A stretch of DNA of 64,000 bases, from NCBI GenBank assembly GCA_977018835.1, contig OZ361257.1, forward strand, positions 4,898,001-4,962,000, written 5' to 3'. Under the pieces are notes generated by a model that saw nothing but the letters and a program-made list of their open reading frames with translations, had not been told where the DNA came from and searched no databases. The position numbers and the translations under genes are program-made. The first letter of the stretch is position 1; each line of letters starts with the position of its first letter. The stretch is from Minutocellus sp. GHC0000111. Lineage: Eukaryota. Below, piece after piece: positions 35,611-46,150 of this stretch.

Positions 35611-36636
35611 ATGCCGATAAATGTAATATACTTCCTCATGTCATCCCTTCTCACTCTGAGGACGGTCTCGGCTTTTGCTGTTGCCGATATGCATACTCGA
35701 AGATCAGCGCTGGTGTCGTCGTGTCACTTACTATTTTCTCATCGGTCAAATCACCAAGAGTCAGCAGCAGCAAGGAATCGATATGCTCGGTTTCGTAGAA
35801 GGCGTTCTCGGTTGCAAATGACGCCGCCAGATCATGATGGCGACGGCTCTCAACTTATTGCCAAGGATTGCATGAAGTTGCTATCACGAAAAGGAAAGAC
35901 GTGGCAGCGGCTGGGTGACATCGTTCAATTGTCAATCTCCTCTTCCAATGGATCTTCAATTGCTGATATTGGAACCGATCATGGCTTACTAGCCATCGCA
36001 CTGGCAGCTACTGGACGATACGAAAAAGTGATTGGCGCCGACGTTTCGGAACAAGCGCTCGAAAATGGTGCACTTAGTTTTTACAGAAAGGTTCAAGAAG
36101 CACTAGCAAGAGATGAAGACTCCGACATCAATGACCTCCCAGTGGAATTTCGATTTGGCAATGGTCTGTCTGTTCTCGATGGGGGAGAAGTGTCAGAAGT
36201 TGCAATCGCAGGGATGGGAGTGAATACAATGATTCAAATATTAAATGAAGATGATGTGACCAGGGTTGGAGCAACTCGCCTTTTCCTACAGCCAACAAAT
36301 ACAAAGCCGGCCAACATGATAAAACTCTACGATTTCCTAAAGGCTAGTGGATGGAGCCCCAAGCAAGAACTCCTAAAATACATATCTCGCCGCTGGTATT
36401 TCTCTATACTATTCGAGAGAGACCCACAAACAAACCCCAGTCAATTTTCTGAATCATTTGATTATCTGCCAGGAGATAAGTTGCGCATGATTGATAATGA
36501 TGATCCGATGCATCGCGAGTTCATGAGATACGTCGATCATCACCGGCAGTGGCTTGACCGTGATTTGAATGCAAAAGGTACTCTCAGCGAGGAGGAATTT
36601 CGCTGGTTCAATGTCTACGGTAGAGCGTTGCAATAA
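35611..36636 (+). CDS. trmK: tRNA (adenine22-N1)-methyltransferase TrmK-like, plastid-type presequence
   Basis: IADIGTDHGLL, GNGLSVL, IAGMG and LFLQP motifs; signal peptide ending VSA-F. Confidence 0.8.
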   Translation: MPINVIYFLMSSLLTLRTVSAFAVADMHTRRSALVSSCHLLFSHRSNHQESAAARNRYARFRRRRSRLQMTPPDHDGDGSQLIAKDCMKLLSRKGKTWQRLGDIVQLSISSSNGSSIADIGTDHGLLAIALAATGRYEKVIGADVSEQALENGALSFYRKVQEALARDEDSDINDLPVEFRFGNGLSVLDGGEVSEVAIAGMGVNTMIQILNEDDVTRVGATRLFLQPTNTKPANMIKLYDFLKASGWSPKQELLKYISRRWYFSILFERDPQTNPSQFSESFDYLPGDKLRMIDNDDPMHREFMRYVDHHRQWLDRDLNAKGTLSEEEFRWFNVYGRALQ

Positions 36637-36720
36637 CAAAGCACCTCCCATCCTTTAAAGAAGGGACACCCAGACGAGGAAATCTCCCCATGATGGCATT
36701 ATGTTACGCCTCTACCTTTT

Positions 36721-37830
36721 TTACTGTAATGCCGATAGCCCTTCTATCCTTTTCACCATCTCTTCATTGAAAGGGCATTCATGACCAAACTTCTCTCCCC
36801 CAATTCTCGCAACATAACCATTCAAATAGTTGATCTCTGTCTCCCTCTCTGCCAGCACATCTTGCAACATTGATGATTTATTACTCGCAGTGTCTCGTAT
36901 AACATTGCTTACGAATGACGAGAGACTTTCGTAATCCAATTCTTTGATCAAGTCATCTGACAAACCATGGTTAGCGGCATCCTTCCGAGCAATTTGTGAC
37001 ACCTCCTTTATTATTCCATCCATTGTAGCACTTGTTTCGACATCCATATTGGCAAGCTCTCCATTTACGCAATTCTGAAGTGCAGTGAGCGGGTTGATGG
37101 CACAATTGGTCGCGAGTTTCTTCCATAGCAAAATATTCATTCCATCGGGACTTGCATATGTTGCCCGCAGACCTGCCTCGTCGAACAAGTTGGCCATTGA
37201 CTGCGACTCCACAAAGGTCGAACCGACGCCTGCATGCACAATTGAATACTGCCTTTGCTCATCATTATATGCCGTTCCTTCATTGCCAAACCGATACGCC
37301 CCATGCGTCGTCGATGCCAATGTGACCCTCGTCCCGAACTGCGACCGCTGATCGTCAACGTCGCATCTCTCACCCCGCAACAGCTCTTCAATCTCGTCTC
37401 GCACGCCCATTGCCCCATTTGATAAGATGATAATGTTAGATTTGCAATTTTTGTCCAAGCGGTGGAACACCGATGACACCGCTGCCGCCGCATCTGGTGC
37501 CTTGGTGGCCACAAGTAGGTTTTGAATGTTCGTCGTGGTCTCGTGTGCGTTGCCAGTTGGGTCAGGCGATATTATTTCAGCAGGAACATCAACGTTGAAA
37601 CTGGAGCTTTCGTCATTCGGATACTTCACTTGTGCAGTGATGCCGCTGTATTCTGCCCTCGATGGGCATATTTTGCGCGTTATTCTATCCTCATGGCCTC
37701 GGCCAGAGCGGAGAAGGACGGTGACGGGGTAGGTCGGAAGTGCACATCGAATAGACGATGCGAATAATAAGCCGATAGACCCACTTCCCAATATATGGAG
37801 AGACGGCGGTAGTATCCTACTCGGGGACAT
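36721..37830 (-). CDS. panE: 2-dehydropantoate 2-reductase (ketopantoate reductase)
   Basis: ILGSGSIG, VATKA, LWKKLATNCAINPLTA and SSMLQDV..RETEINYLNG motifs. Confidence 0.92.
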   Translation of the reverse strand: MSPSRILPPSLHILGSGSIGLLFASSIRCALPTYPVTVLLRSGRGHEDRITRKICPSRAEYSGITAQVKYPNDESSSFNVDVPAEIISPDPTGNAHETTTNIQNLLVATKAPDAAAAVSSVFHRLDKNCKSNIIILSNGAMGVRDEIEELLRGERCDVDDQRSQFGTRVTLASTTHGAYRFGNEGTAYNDEQRQYSIVHAGVGSTFVESQSMANLFDEAGLRATYASPDGMNILLWKKLATNCAINPLTALQNCVNGELANMDVETSATMDGIIKEVSQIARKDAANHGLSDDLIKELDYESLSSFVSNVIRDTASNKSSMLQDVLAERETEINYLNGYVARIGGEKFGHECPFNEEMVKRIEGLSALQ

Positions 37831-38175
37831 GGAATAAATGATGGTATCTCAATCTTGAAGAGTAAAAGCGGCCGTCAGTCTTCTCCTCATCGCTGCCACC
37901 AAGAGTTCAACGTGCTTGTATTGTTCATTCTCGGCATCTCAATTTCCATGTCAGGTTACTGTACTTTTGGTAACATAAGAGGGATTACCGGTATTCAGGG
38001 GAAAGGGGGGTATTGACTAACTCGACCGATGAGCTGCGTACGTGGTTGAAGCGAAATTCAAGCAAATCTTACCGCGTCAACATGCGCTTCGTCGCGAGGA
38101 ACAGCTTCAGCGCGCGCCTCTCCTCAACGTTGTTACTTTTCAAGTCAATATCCCAAACAAAATAATACAATCAAA

Positions 38176-39064
38176 ATGAAGCTCGCCATTGCTGCCCTTC
38201 TCGCCGGTTCCGCCGCCGCTTTCAACGTCAAGGAGGTAAGATTCTTCGTAGTGAATTGAAGATGTTTCTTTGGTGATCGCGTGGGTGACAACTGGCGGAC
38301 GCATGCGGTGCGCGTGCCTGTCCCGGGGCCCACTTGTGACGTCGGGGATCTTGTTCAGAGGAATTGAGAATTCTGCCATTGTTGACTCCGCCGTCGCGTA
38401 TTTTTGAGCAAGCCACTCACTGAACAGTCTGAATCAAGATGAGGCGCCGAGTTGCTTGCCGGTTGCGTTTGGTACTGGCTCTTTCGACGAACCAGCCGGA
38501 AAAGAACGAACGGGTTATGTTCGTCGTCCCGAAAAGATCCGACGCGTTGAGTCAGCCTCAGTCCGATGGCAGCCTCCAAGATCCACTAATGACCAAGTGG
38601 ATACGCGGTCGGCAGTGATGGTGCGGTGCTGCATGGAGATTCGGCACAACTTGTGGTATTTTCAAAGATATCCTTTTCCATAAATCTCACCTTCTTTCTC
38701 AAATTTCGACGTTCGTCACTCCAAACAACAGGCCGCCCAGGTCGGTGCCGTCTCCGGCGCTCTCGCCTTCGGCATCGCCTCCCCCGCCTTCGCCGGTGAC
38801 GTCGGAGCCGGTGAGCAGGTCTTCAACGCCAACTGCGCCGCTTGCCACGCCGGCGGACAGAACGTCATCATGCCCGAGAAGACCCTCGAGAAGGAGGCCC
38901 TCGACCAGTACCTCGCCGGCGGCCGCAAGGAGTCCTCCGTCGTCACCCAGGTCACCAACGGCAAGAACGCCATGCCCGCCTTCGGTGGACGTCTCTCCGA
39001 CGAGGACATCGCCAACGTCGCCGCCTACGTCATTGCCACCTCCGAGTCCGGCTGGGACGAGTAA
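38176..39064 (+). CDS. petJ: Cytochrome c6 precursor, 2 exons (38176-38235, 38732-39064)
   Basis: [16 protein letters not shown] presequence, lumenal AFA cleavage site, CAACH haem motif, [10 protein letters not shown]; in-phase GT-AG intron 38236-38731. Confidence 0.97.
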
Positions 39065-39889
39065 GCTCGTATGTTTCATGTTGACCGCGCGTTTCATGGC
39101 ATTTGGACGTTGGCGCCGAATAGGCGCTGCATTTCTGAAGCCGAGACCCAACCTACCTACTGCCTTGGGGTTGCTTGTATAGAAGTAGCCTTATCGTAAT
39201 GCATATAGCTACGCTCAAATTTGAACGTTCAAGGGTCTTTCTAGATCTACCTGTATATTTTTACATGTAGATCTAGGGTTGATCGCACCATTGGAAATTG
39301 CCTTCCCTTTTTTACCATTCAACGGCATCACTTCTTCTCTTGGATACCTCTGCTTCGAGAGGCGCAAAGCTGCAAAGCCTCCCACCTAACCAAGGCAATA
39401 GTTGGCCGGAGAAGATCTACATGTACATGTACGTAATTTCTGCTTCACTTTCGCCATCCATGCCTTGCTTGCAACGGGGCGCAGATCGGCCTTGATGACT
39501 GCCTGCTTGCTCGCCGCTGGGCTGTGTCAGAGTTCAGCACGAGCCGGCCGCGCTTTCCTGCCATGCCTGTCAAATTTCACTTTTGCTCGTGAAAATCGTG
39601 CGGATCGACAGTCATGAGATGACGTCGCCATGGGGTTGTGCACCAGAAAACCCGAAGGAGGCACGGTGAATGTTGGAGAAGAATCCAACGCCTCGTTGTC
39701 GAGCCACTCTCTTTCTTCCTAAAGACTTGCTGGCTGTCATCCCATCTGAATAGATTTATTGCACCCAATCTCACCTCTCATGTCATTCTTTCGCACCTTG
39801 GCTTCGCTCAGACTTTCGCAAGACATTAGATTTCGATTCTGCGGAATGTCTCGGACGCATCGAACATCACTTTTGATAATGGACGCGAA

Positions 39890-40245
39890 TGTAGCAAGCG
39901 GCCCAAATCTACCGGGGGGCAGTGCTTTGTCACGCTGCATCGAGGAGCTGGGACCAGATGCTCATTGAAGCACGGGAGAATCCCGCAAGTCTTCTTGCAA
40001 TCGACGAAGCTTCCGGACACACCTCCCTTCACTGTTGTGCCCGCGAACGAGCACCCGACGACATCATCAAAAGCCTCCTGTTATGTCGTTCGAAGAAGCC
40101 CGACGAGCCACATCCATCTCTTGTAGGGAAGGCTCTTGGACGCCGATCCATCTTAGCTGCTGAGCGATTGAGTCTGATGAGACCATTTCAGATAACAAAC
40201 TTTTATCGACATTTGCTCTGGTGCCGGGTCGAGCAGCTCACCTAA
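39890..40245 (+). pseudogene. Degenerate ankyrin-like fragment
   Basis: GHTSLHCCARERAPDDIIKSLL resembles a decayed ankyrin-like unit; no convincing start; lies in non-genic sequence. Confidence 0.35.
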
Positions 40246-40892
40246 AGCTGGACCAACTCATCTGGAGGAAGGAAGAAGGCCGGCCCGGCAATTACAAACA
40301 CACAACATGAAATTTTCCCATGTAATCTTTTGCTTTCTAGACTACGATCTTGCTAGCTATGGATAGATCTCTACTACATTCTATTCTGTTCTCTCTATTC
40401 TATTAGACTACCAAAGTTTATACGGGCATGGGAAAAAGAAGACGAGTCTGGCTTGTCTTCGTGTGATGTGTGTCTGCTAGGCAGTGAGACCGCCCCCGAC
40501 GAGCGTGAAGCTGGAGCCGCGCCCTCCCTTCACGTTGTCGCTCTCGCGACCGAATTGATGGATTTCCGCGGTTCGGTTTAACTATGTCTACCCTGATAGA
40601 TCTCTACTACATGTACCACGTACATGTAGCCAGCCAACAGTTGTCTGACCCGAAAGCAAGCACAGTAAGCACAGGTCGACCATGTACCCGAGTGACAGAC
40701 AGACGATTTCGCCGTCTCTGACGCATCAGTAGCAAGCAGTCAAGTTGACTGGAAGCGGACGAATTAACTGCACACACATGCTGTACCAGCAGAGACAGGT
40801 TCAGGCGCTACGCCAGCCCGTGTGCTTACCGGAGCTGGTTGCATAAGCAGGGAACAAAATCCTTGCAAGGCGTGTTTTCATTAGCGCGAGTT

Positions 40893-43800
40893 ATGGCCAT
40901 TGACCACCGCCATCGATTTCTGCGTCATTGCCTGCAGTCAATTCTCACTCTTTTCGTCGGAATCGCTCAAGCTCCCCCAAACGCTGGTCGAGTACTTGCA
41001 TTCGTCTTTCCCTTTGCATCGCGCCAATCCTCGTTCCTCCCTATGACCGTGTCGCCCTCTGACCTCGATATATCAGCAAGGAGCTCATCTGACCCGCTTC
41101 GACAGTATGTTGCAAGCATAACAAGGGATGCTGGTGGCAACGACGACGTCCAACTTCTTCCATCGGAAGAATTCAGATCGCCGTCTCCATATGCCAACGC
41201 AACTGAAATCAATTCACTGATATTTCGTCCCAAACATAAAGGGGACGCCGAGGGGGTATATGCCGTTGCCATTGTACAAAGTTCCGACAAGGTTGATGTG
41301 ACGAAATTCTCAAAAATACTTTCCAAGGTTGAGGGTAGCATATATGAGAAATGGGAGCTGGCGCCATCCTACCTAGTCGAGGACTTGTGTGGATTTCGAC
41401 CTGGATCAATACCACCAATTGGGTACGCTACAAAACCCTTTCGTGTGATCGTCGATGACTCACTGACGCAATTCAAAGCTGATGCTCTACTTGTTGGCGG
41501 AGGGGGAAGTCTTGACTATCGTTCATAAATAAGAGCAGAAGCATTGGTCGAGGCTGCATCGGCAGAAGTTTCGAGCATCATTGATTCGCGGGAGAGGTTT
41601 GATGGCGAAATGCTGAAGGCTGATGGAAATGCAAATCAAAAGCAGTCATATCAAAAGCCATTCTTCCAAATTGCTCCCCCAAAAGGCAGCCTTGATATGA
41701 ATTCGCAATCAGACGAGCCTCATCGGCCGATACCAGTCACCGCCATCGGGCGAGTCACTTCGGTGAGGCGAATTGCCAAACGGCTCGTCTTTGCCGACTT
41801 TGCTCCTCCAGACTACCCGATGGATCCTTCATTTAGCTCCGCGGAGAAGCAAGCAGAATACGAGAAGGATATGCCGTGGTTGAGTGGCGAAGATGGTTTG
41901 CCCATGTATGTGCAGATGATTGTTGGCAAGACCTTTTGCGATAGCCTCGGAGAAGAAGAGGGACCAGAAGCACTCAAAACACTGAAACCGGGATCATTGG
42001 TGCTTTTTCGAGGCGCAGCAAATGTTGATCCGAGGCAAAAGAATGGATGGAGCAACAGCGCGGGCAACTGGGCGCAGAAACGGTCTTTGGATATTATCGT
42101 GTCGTCATTTGAAATATTGTCTGGGCCTGAGACCACTGAAGATGTATTGAAAGAGCATCACAAAAGCCTCGGTACTTTGCCATGGGAACTGAAACGTAGA
42201 CGCTCAAGTGGTGGTGCGGACCCAATCTCGCTGCCAGCAAAACGAAGCAAAAATCTACCAGCAAAACCAAGCGAAGTAGGCGAAAATGGCCCCATCCTCA
42301 CCCTTGACCTCTTTGATTCAGAGCTACAAGGAAGCCAAACGACAATACTCAACGTCGACACAGTGGACACAGTGAACGAAATGGCAAATAATTTCGAACA
42401 GTTGCTTTCACTTTCCAATTCGGCCGAAGGAGATAACGACCCCCTGGCTTTTGTCCTGGGAATTGATTGTGAGTGGCGTCCTACAGGTGCATTTGGATCA
42501 GACGATTTCGATGGCAACCCAGTCGCGTTGCTGCAGATTAGTGCTCCCGCAATACGAAAGTTGTTCTTGGTAGATACATTCTCCTTGCTCCGCCCTGGCC
42601 TACTTGCAGAAGAAATCATGACCCCAGATGAAAGTATACTTTCCAACGCAATTGCTTCCATATTCAGTGCTCCCAGTTCATTAAAAACCGGCTTCCATGT
42701 CGCGATTGATTTTCGACGGCTAGCAGCAAGCTACCCTCATATTCCTGGCTTTCGTGAAGTGTATTCCGTCGTGGAGCTGTCTCTATTCGCTAAGAGAGTC
42801 CACCCAGGCGAGAGTCGCCACTCTATGGGCTCACTTCAACGCCTGACGCGAATGGTACTTCAACATGATCTATCGAAAGAGCAACAATGCTCTGATTGGG
42901 AACAAAGACCATTGTCACGAGAACAAATTGAATATGCCGCCTTGGATTGCGCTTTGCCAGCGCGGTTACTCGATGTGATGGCCGAGGGGTGCGGAAGATC
43001 AAAAACGGAATCGATTTTGAATCAGTCCACGAGCTCGTGGCGCTTCATCACCGTTGATAGCGACGATCAGAATGCAATCACCTTGCTGAAGGACAAGCGC
43101 GTGGTTGGCAATACGTTTGCGGTCTCCCAAAGTTGGGTGACCGGAAAATCTGCTCCAGAACCACCGTCGATGCCCACAGAAGATGGAGTCTACGTCGATA
43201 AATCAGGGATCAAGCGCATGCCATCTCATTTGCTCAAAATACATCAAGCTGCCGATGACTCTAATATTGTCTGGAACAATATGATAGGAAAAAATGTCGG
43301 CAAAACAAAAGGCAAATGCGTTGAATTGGTCGCGGAGCATGCTCTCCCCGAGCAAACAAAACTAGAATATAACCCTCGAAGCGGCTTTGTCCCATTCAAA
43401 GACGGAATCGTCCTTTTTGTGAACATGCCTGCACCAAATCAGTCCAGACGATCGCCTTATCCAAATGAATGGCTAGAAGATGGAAAGACTCTCACTTGGT
43501 ATCTACACGAAAGGGATTGGAATAATGGCCAATCAGAAACGGCAAGATTGTTGGGATTTGGATCATCGGAGAAGAAAGCTTCGGCGGTATTGTTTGTTCG
43601 ATCTGTTAGTGGCGAATTTATTTGTTGCGGAAAGTGCTCAACTTCCGCTCCCGAGACCGGTTCAGATATTCTCGGAAACAAGAGAAAGAATCTTGTTTTA
43701 CTTCACATTGAGCTCACCCAGTGGGACCTATTCAAAGACTCTCCTGAATTTGTCGACATGCTGAGGATAGCAGCAGACCAAAGCTCGAAAAGTAATGGCG

Positions 43801-44072
43801 AAGCAGAAGATGATGAGGGCGCTCTGATCGATGTGGCGACGGTGACGGATTCTACATCTTTTCAGGAGACACTGGCTCGTATGGTGATAGATGGAAATTT
43901 CATAGATGCCCTTGGGTTTGCCCTCGAGGCGAGTAACACGGATCCAAAGAAACGTTCGATTGCTGCTGGTGTGGGTTGTTTGAAGAATGTTTTCGCTAGA
44001 TCCATGGACAAGGATGTCCTCAAGGCGGTAGAGATTTTGGATGATACTGCGGCTCAGTTGGGTTTATTCTAA
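40893..44072 (+). CDS. YbaK/ProX-like editing domain + OB fold + DEDDy 3'-5' exonuclease + DUF3427-like domain; in-frame TAA at 41526-41528
   Basis: CGFRPGSIPPIG..VGGG (YbaK); GRVTSVRRIAKRLVFADF (OB); LGIDCEW, ALLQIS, QCSDWEQRPLSREQIEYAALD (exonuclease); VLFVN..YPNEW..LTWY..LFVR..FICCG. Both ORFs share one frame. Confidence 0.8.
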
Positions 44073-44096
44073 TACCTCAACGCCTAGAACTAATCC

Positions 44097-44513
44097 TCAT
44101 AGAAGTTCGCCTTGAGGCATGAGGCCGTCTCGGTTGGTAAAAGTAGCATACTTGACAAATGCGGATGGATGTTCATGCTTCCAGTCTCTCCCATAGCGGC
44201 CTGCCTGTTCTTGGACCTTTTCCCACTTCTTTTGAACGCCATTTTTAAGCATTTTTGCCTCAACGACAAGGTATTTATTGCTTCCCGGGACTTTGAAGAC
44301 CATATCCCCAACACCAGACCTTGATCGCCACTCATGAGCCTCGAGCAAGGTGTAGGGATGCGGTGGCGAGTTAATCAAAATGCGATGGAGATCGTCTTCG
44401 TTGCCAGCGTTCTTGGCTTTATTTTGTCCGTAATGGGTGGTAAAGCGCCTGATGGGTATAGTAAACGGTCCGGGACGTCTCCAAAGGACATGGCGTGCCA
44501 TTGAAGGAAACAT
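44097..44513 (-). CDS. Small PD-(D/E)XK nuclease-like protein with possible mitochondrial presequence
   Basis: HEW..GVGDMVF..YLVVEAK..QEQAGRY pattern; Arg-rich N-terminus lacking acidic residues. Confidence 0.55.
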   Translation of the reverse strand: MFPSMARHVLWRRPGPFTIPIRRFTTHYGQNKAKNAGNEDDLHRILINSPPHPYTLLEAHEWRSRSGVGDMVFKVPGSNKYLVVEAKMLKNGVQKKWEKVQEQAGRYGRDWKHEHPSAFVKYATFTNRDGLMPQGELL

Positions 44514-44695
44514 ATTGGTGGTTTTGTACTTCTTTTAGTGCGTCCAAAGAAGCAAGCTGCTGCAAAGATTTATGTCAGTCACAACTTATCATTCAATCCG
44601 ATGACGTTCCAGCCCTTATCTATCCATGGATGTCATTCCTATATTAAAATATTATGTGACCAAAAAGGAAAGGAACTAGAGTAATGATTTCGCCT

Positions 44696-45823
44696 TTAAA
44701 ATATGTTAGAAATAGTTAAACTCCAAAAAACTCGATCGTCAACATGTTTCTCACTTTTCGACTTCGCGCGACCAAATGGAGAGGATACAGAATTCTCTTC
44801 TCTTCCGGAATAATCTCTTATACGAAGGGCTTCCAAATAGGTCTTTTCGAGGTCATGCTCTCTTTCAAAAAACTTATTTCTCTGGAGCCAAATGGGGACA
44901 TCATTGGGCTCAAAGTCTCGCGTGTCATTTTCCACAAGCTTCTCTATCCTACTTACCTTCGACGTCACCGGATTTAAGCTGTTTCTACACTTTCTTCGAC
45001 TTTTATCCTTGTCCTTTCCTACGTCGGCCTCGATCCAAGATTTAGTGCTCCCTTCGAAATCAGGTATGGCAATGCATGCGGCAAACTCTTTGTTCTCGCG
45101 CGTTTTCATGTCAGAACCGAAAAGACCACCCGAAGCAAGACTTCGGGTGGTCTCGTTATCAGGAGGCAACTTCGAAAAGTATAGTCCTCCGAGCAAGTGA
45201 TAATCAGAGTCCGGGAATTGCTCTTCCAATCCATTTTTATGAAGCCAATTCAATGCATCGATGAATGTTGTGCTCATGTGGTAACGCTTGCTGGTGCTAC
45301 GATTATTCAATTCAATTGTCACAACGATTTCGCCTCCCTCCCATAGTCTCAGTCCTTCCTGATCATCAAAGTATAGCTCCCTAGATTGCAGCCAAATCCT
45401 TGCTATTTCTTTTCCTTCACTGTTACAAACAATTTCAGCATCTCTTGCAGCCATTGTGAGGGGGCAATCGTCACCCGACCTTCTTGCAACGCCGCGAACC
45501 GCCGCAAGCAGTCTTTCCATCCCGAAGAATTTCGCTTGAAGTAGGACTGGCAAAGTGAAATCAGACGCCTGAACTTTCCCAAGACGCATAAACGAAAGCA
45601 GAACTTGGAACGGCACGGGATCTTGATCAACAAATACTTCATCGTCCGGACTGTTCGGGCGGTTATTTGCCCACTCTTCAGAAAAAAGACTCTGAAAGTA
45701 TGCGGAGGAACTAGTCAGCGTCGTGATTGAAGTTGAGAATTTTGTCCCCCCGACGTTGAGCAGAACATGGTCAGAATGACGAGCCTTTTTGGCCACGTGG
45801 TTGATGTTATTGCCTTCACTCAT
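44696..45823 (-). CDS. KCTD-type BTB/POZ domain protein
   Basis: LNVGGTKFSTSITTL..YFQSLFS..FVDQDPVPFQVLLSFMR. Confidence 0.85.
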   Translation of the reverse strand: MSEGNNINHVAKKARHSDHVLLNVGGTKFSTSITTLTSSSAYFQSLFSEEWANNRPNSPDDEVFVDQDPVPFQVLLSFMRLGKVQASDFTLPVLLQAKFFGMERLLAAVRGVARRSGDDCPLTMAARDAEIVCNSEGKEIARIWLQSRELYFDDQEGLRLWEGGEIVVTIELNNRSTSKRYHMSTTFIDALNWLHKNGLEEQFPDSDYHLLGGLYFSKLPPDNETTRSLASGGLFGSDMKTRENKEFAACIAIPDFEGSTKSWIEADVGKDKDKSRRKCRNSLNPVTSKVSRIEKLVENDTRDFEPNDVPIWLQRNKFFEREHDLEKTYLEALRIRDYSGREENSVSSPFGRAKSKSEKHVDDRVFWSLTISNIF

Positions 45824-46150
45824 GCTGATGAAGATAGTGATTTACAACGCAGTGTTGATAGCCGCTCAGGAAGGCGGGGAGGGGCGGTTTGACATGTCGC
45901 CAGGCAAAGCTTCCGAAAATGAAAAGCAAAGATACGGATGGAATAGTTTCGTCTGTCCTTCATCAAATAGAGTGTTTCTTTTTGAATCAGACATGACTCA
46001 AAAAGAAATGCTTCAGGCAAAGATACCGATACGTATACGATACCGACACAAGATGTGTTGAATGTGTTGGCATTCGCCCCTCGAAATGGCTAATACAAGT
46101 ACACAAGGGGCTCATGAATAGGAAGGAATCGGCATTGATTAATTTTGACA

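Noticed and set aside
31116..41528. Alternative genetic code (TAA/TAG as sense)
   Set aside because: Most well-defined genes here, such as petJ, panE and the cyclin, end normally at TAA/TAG.
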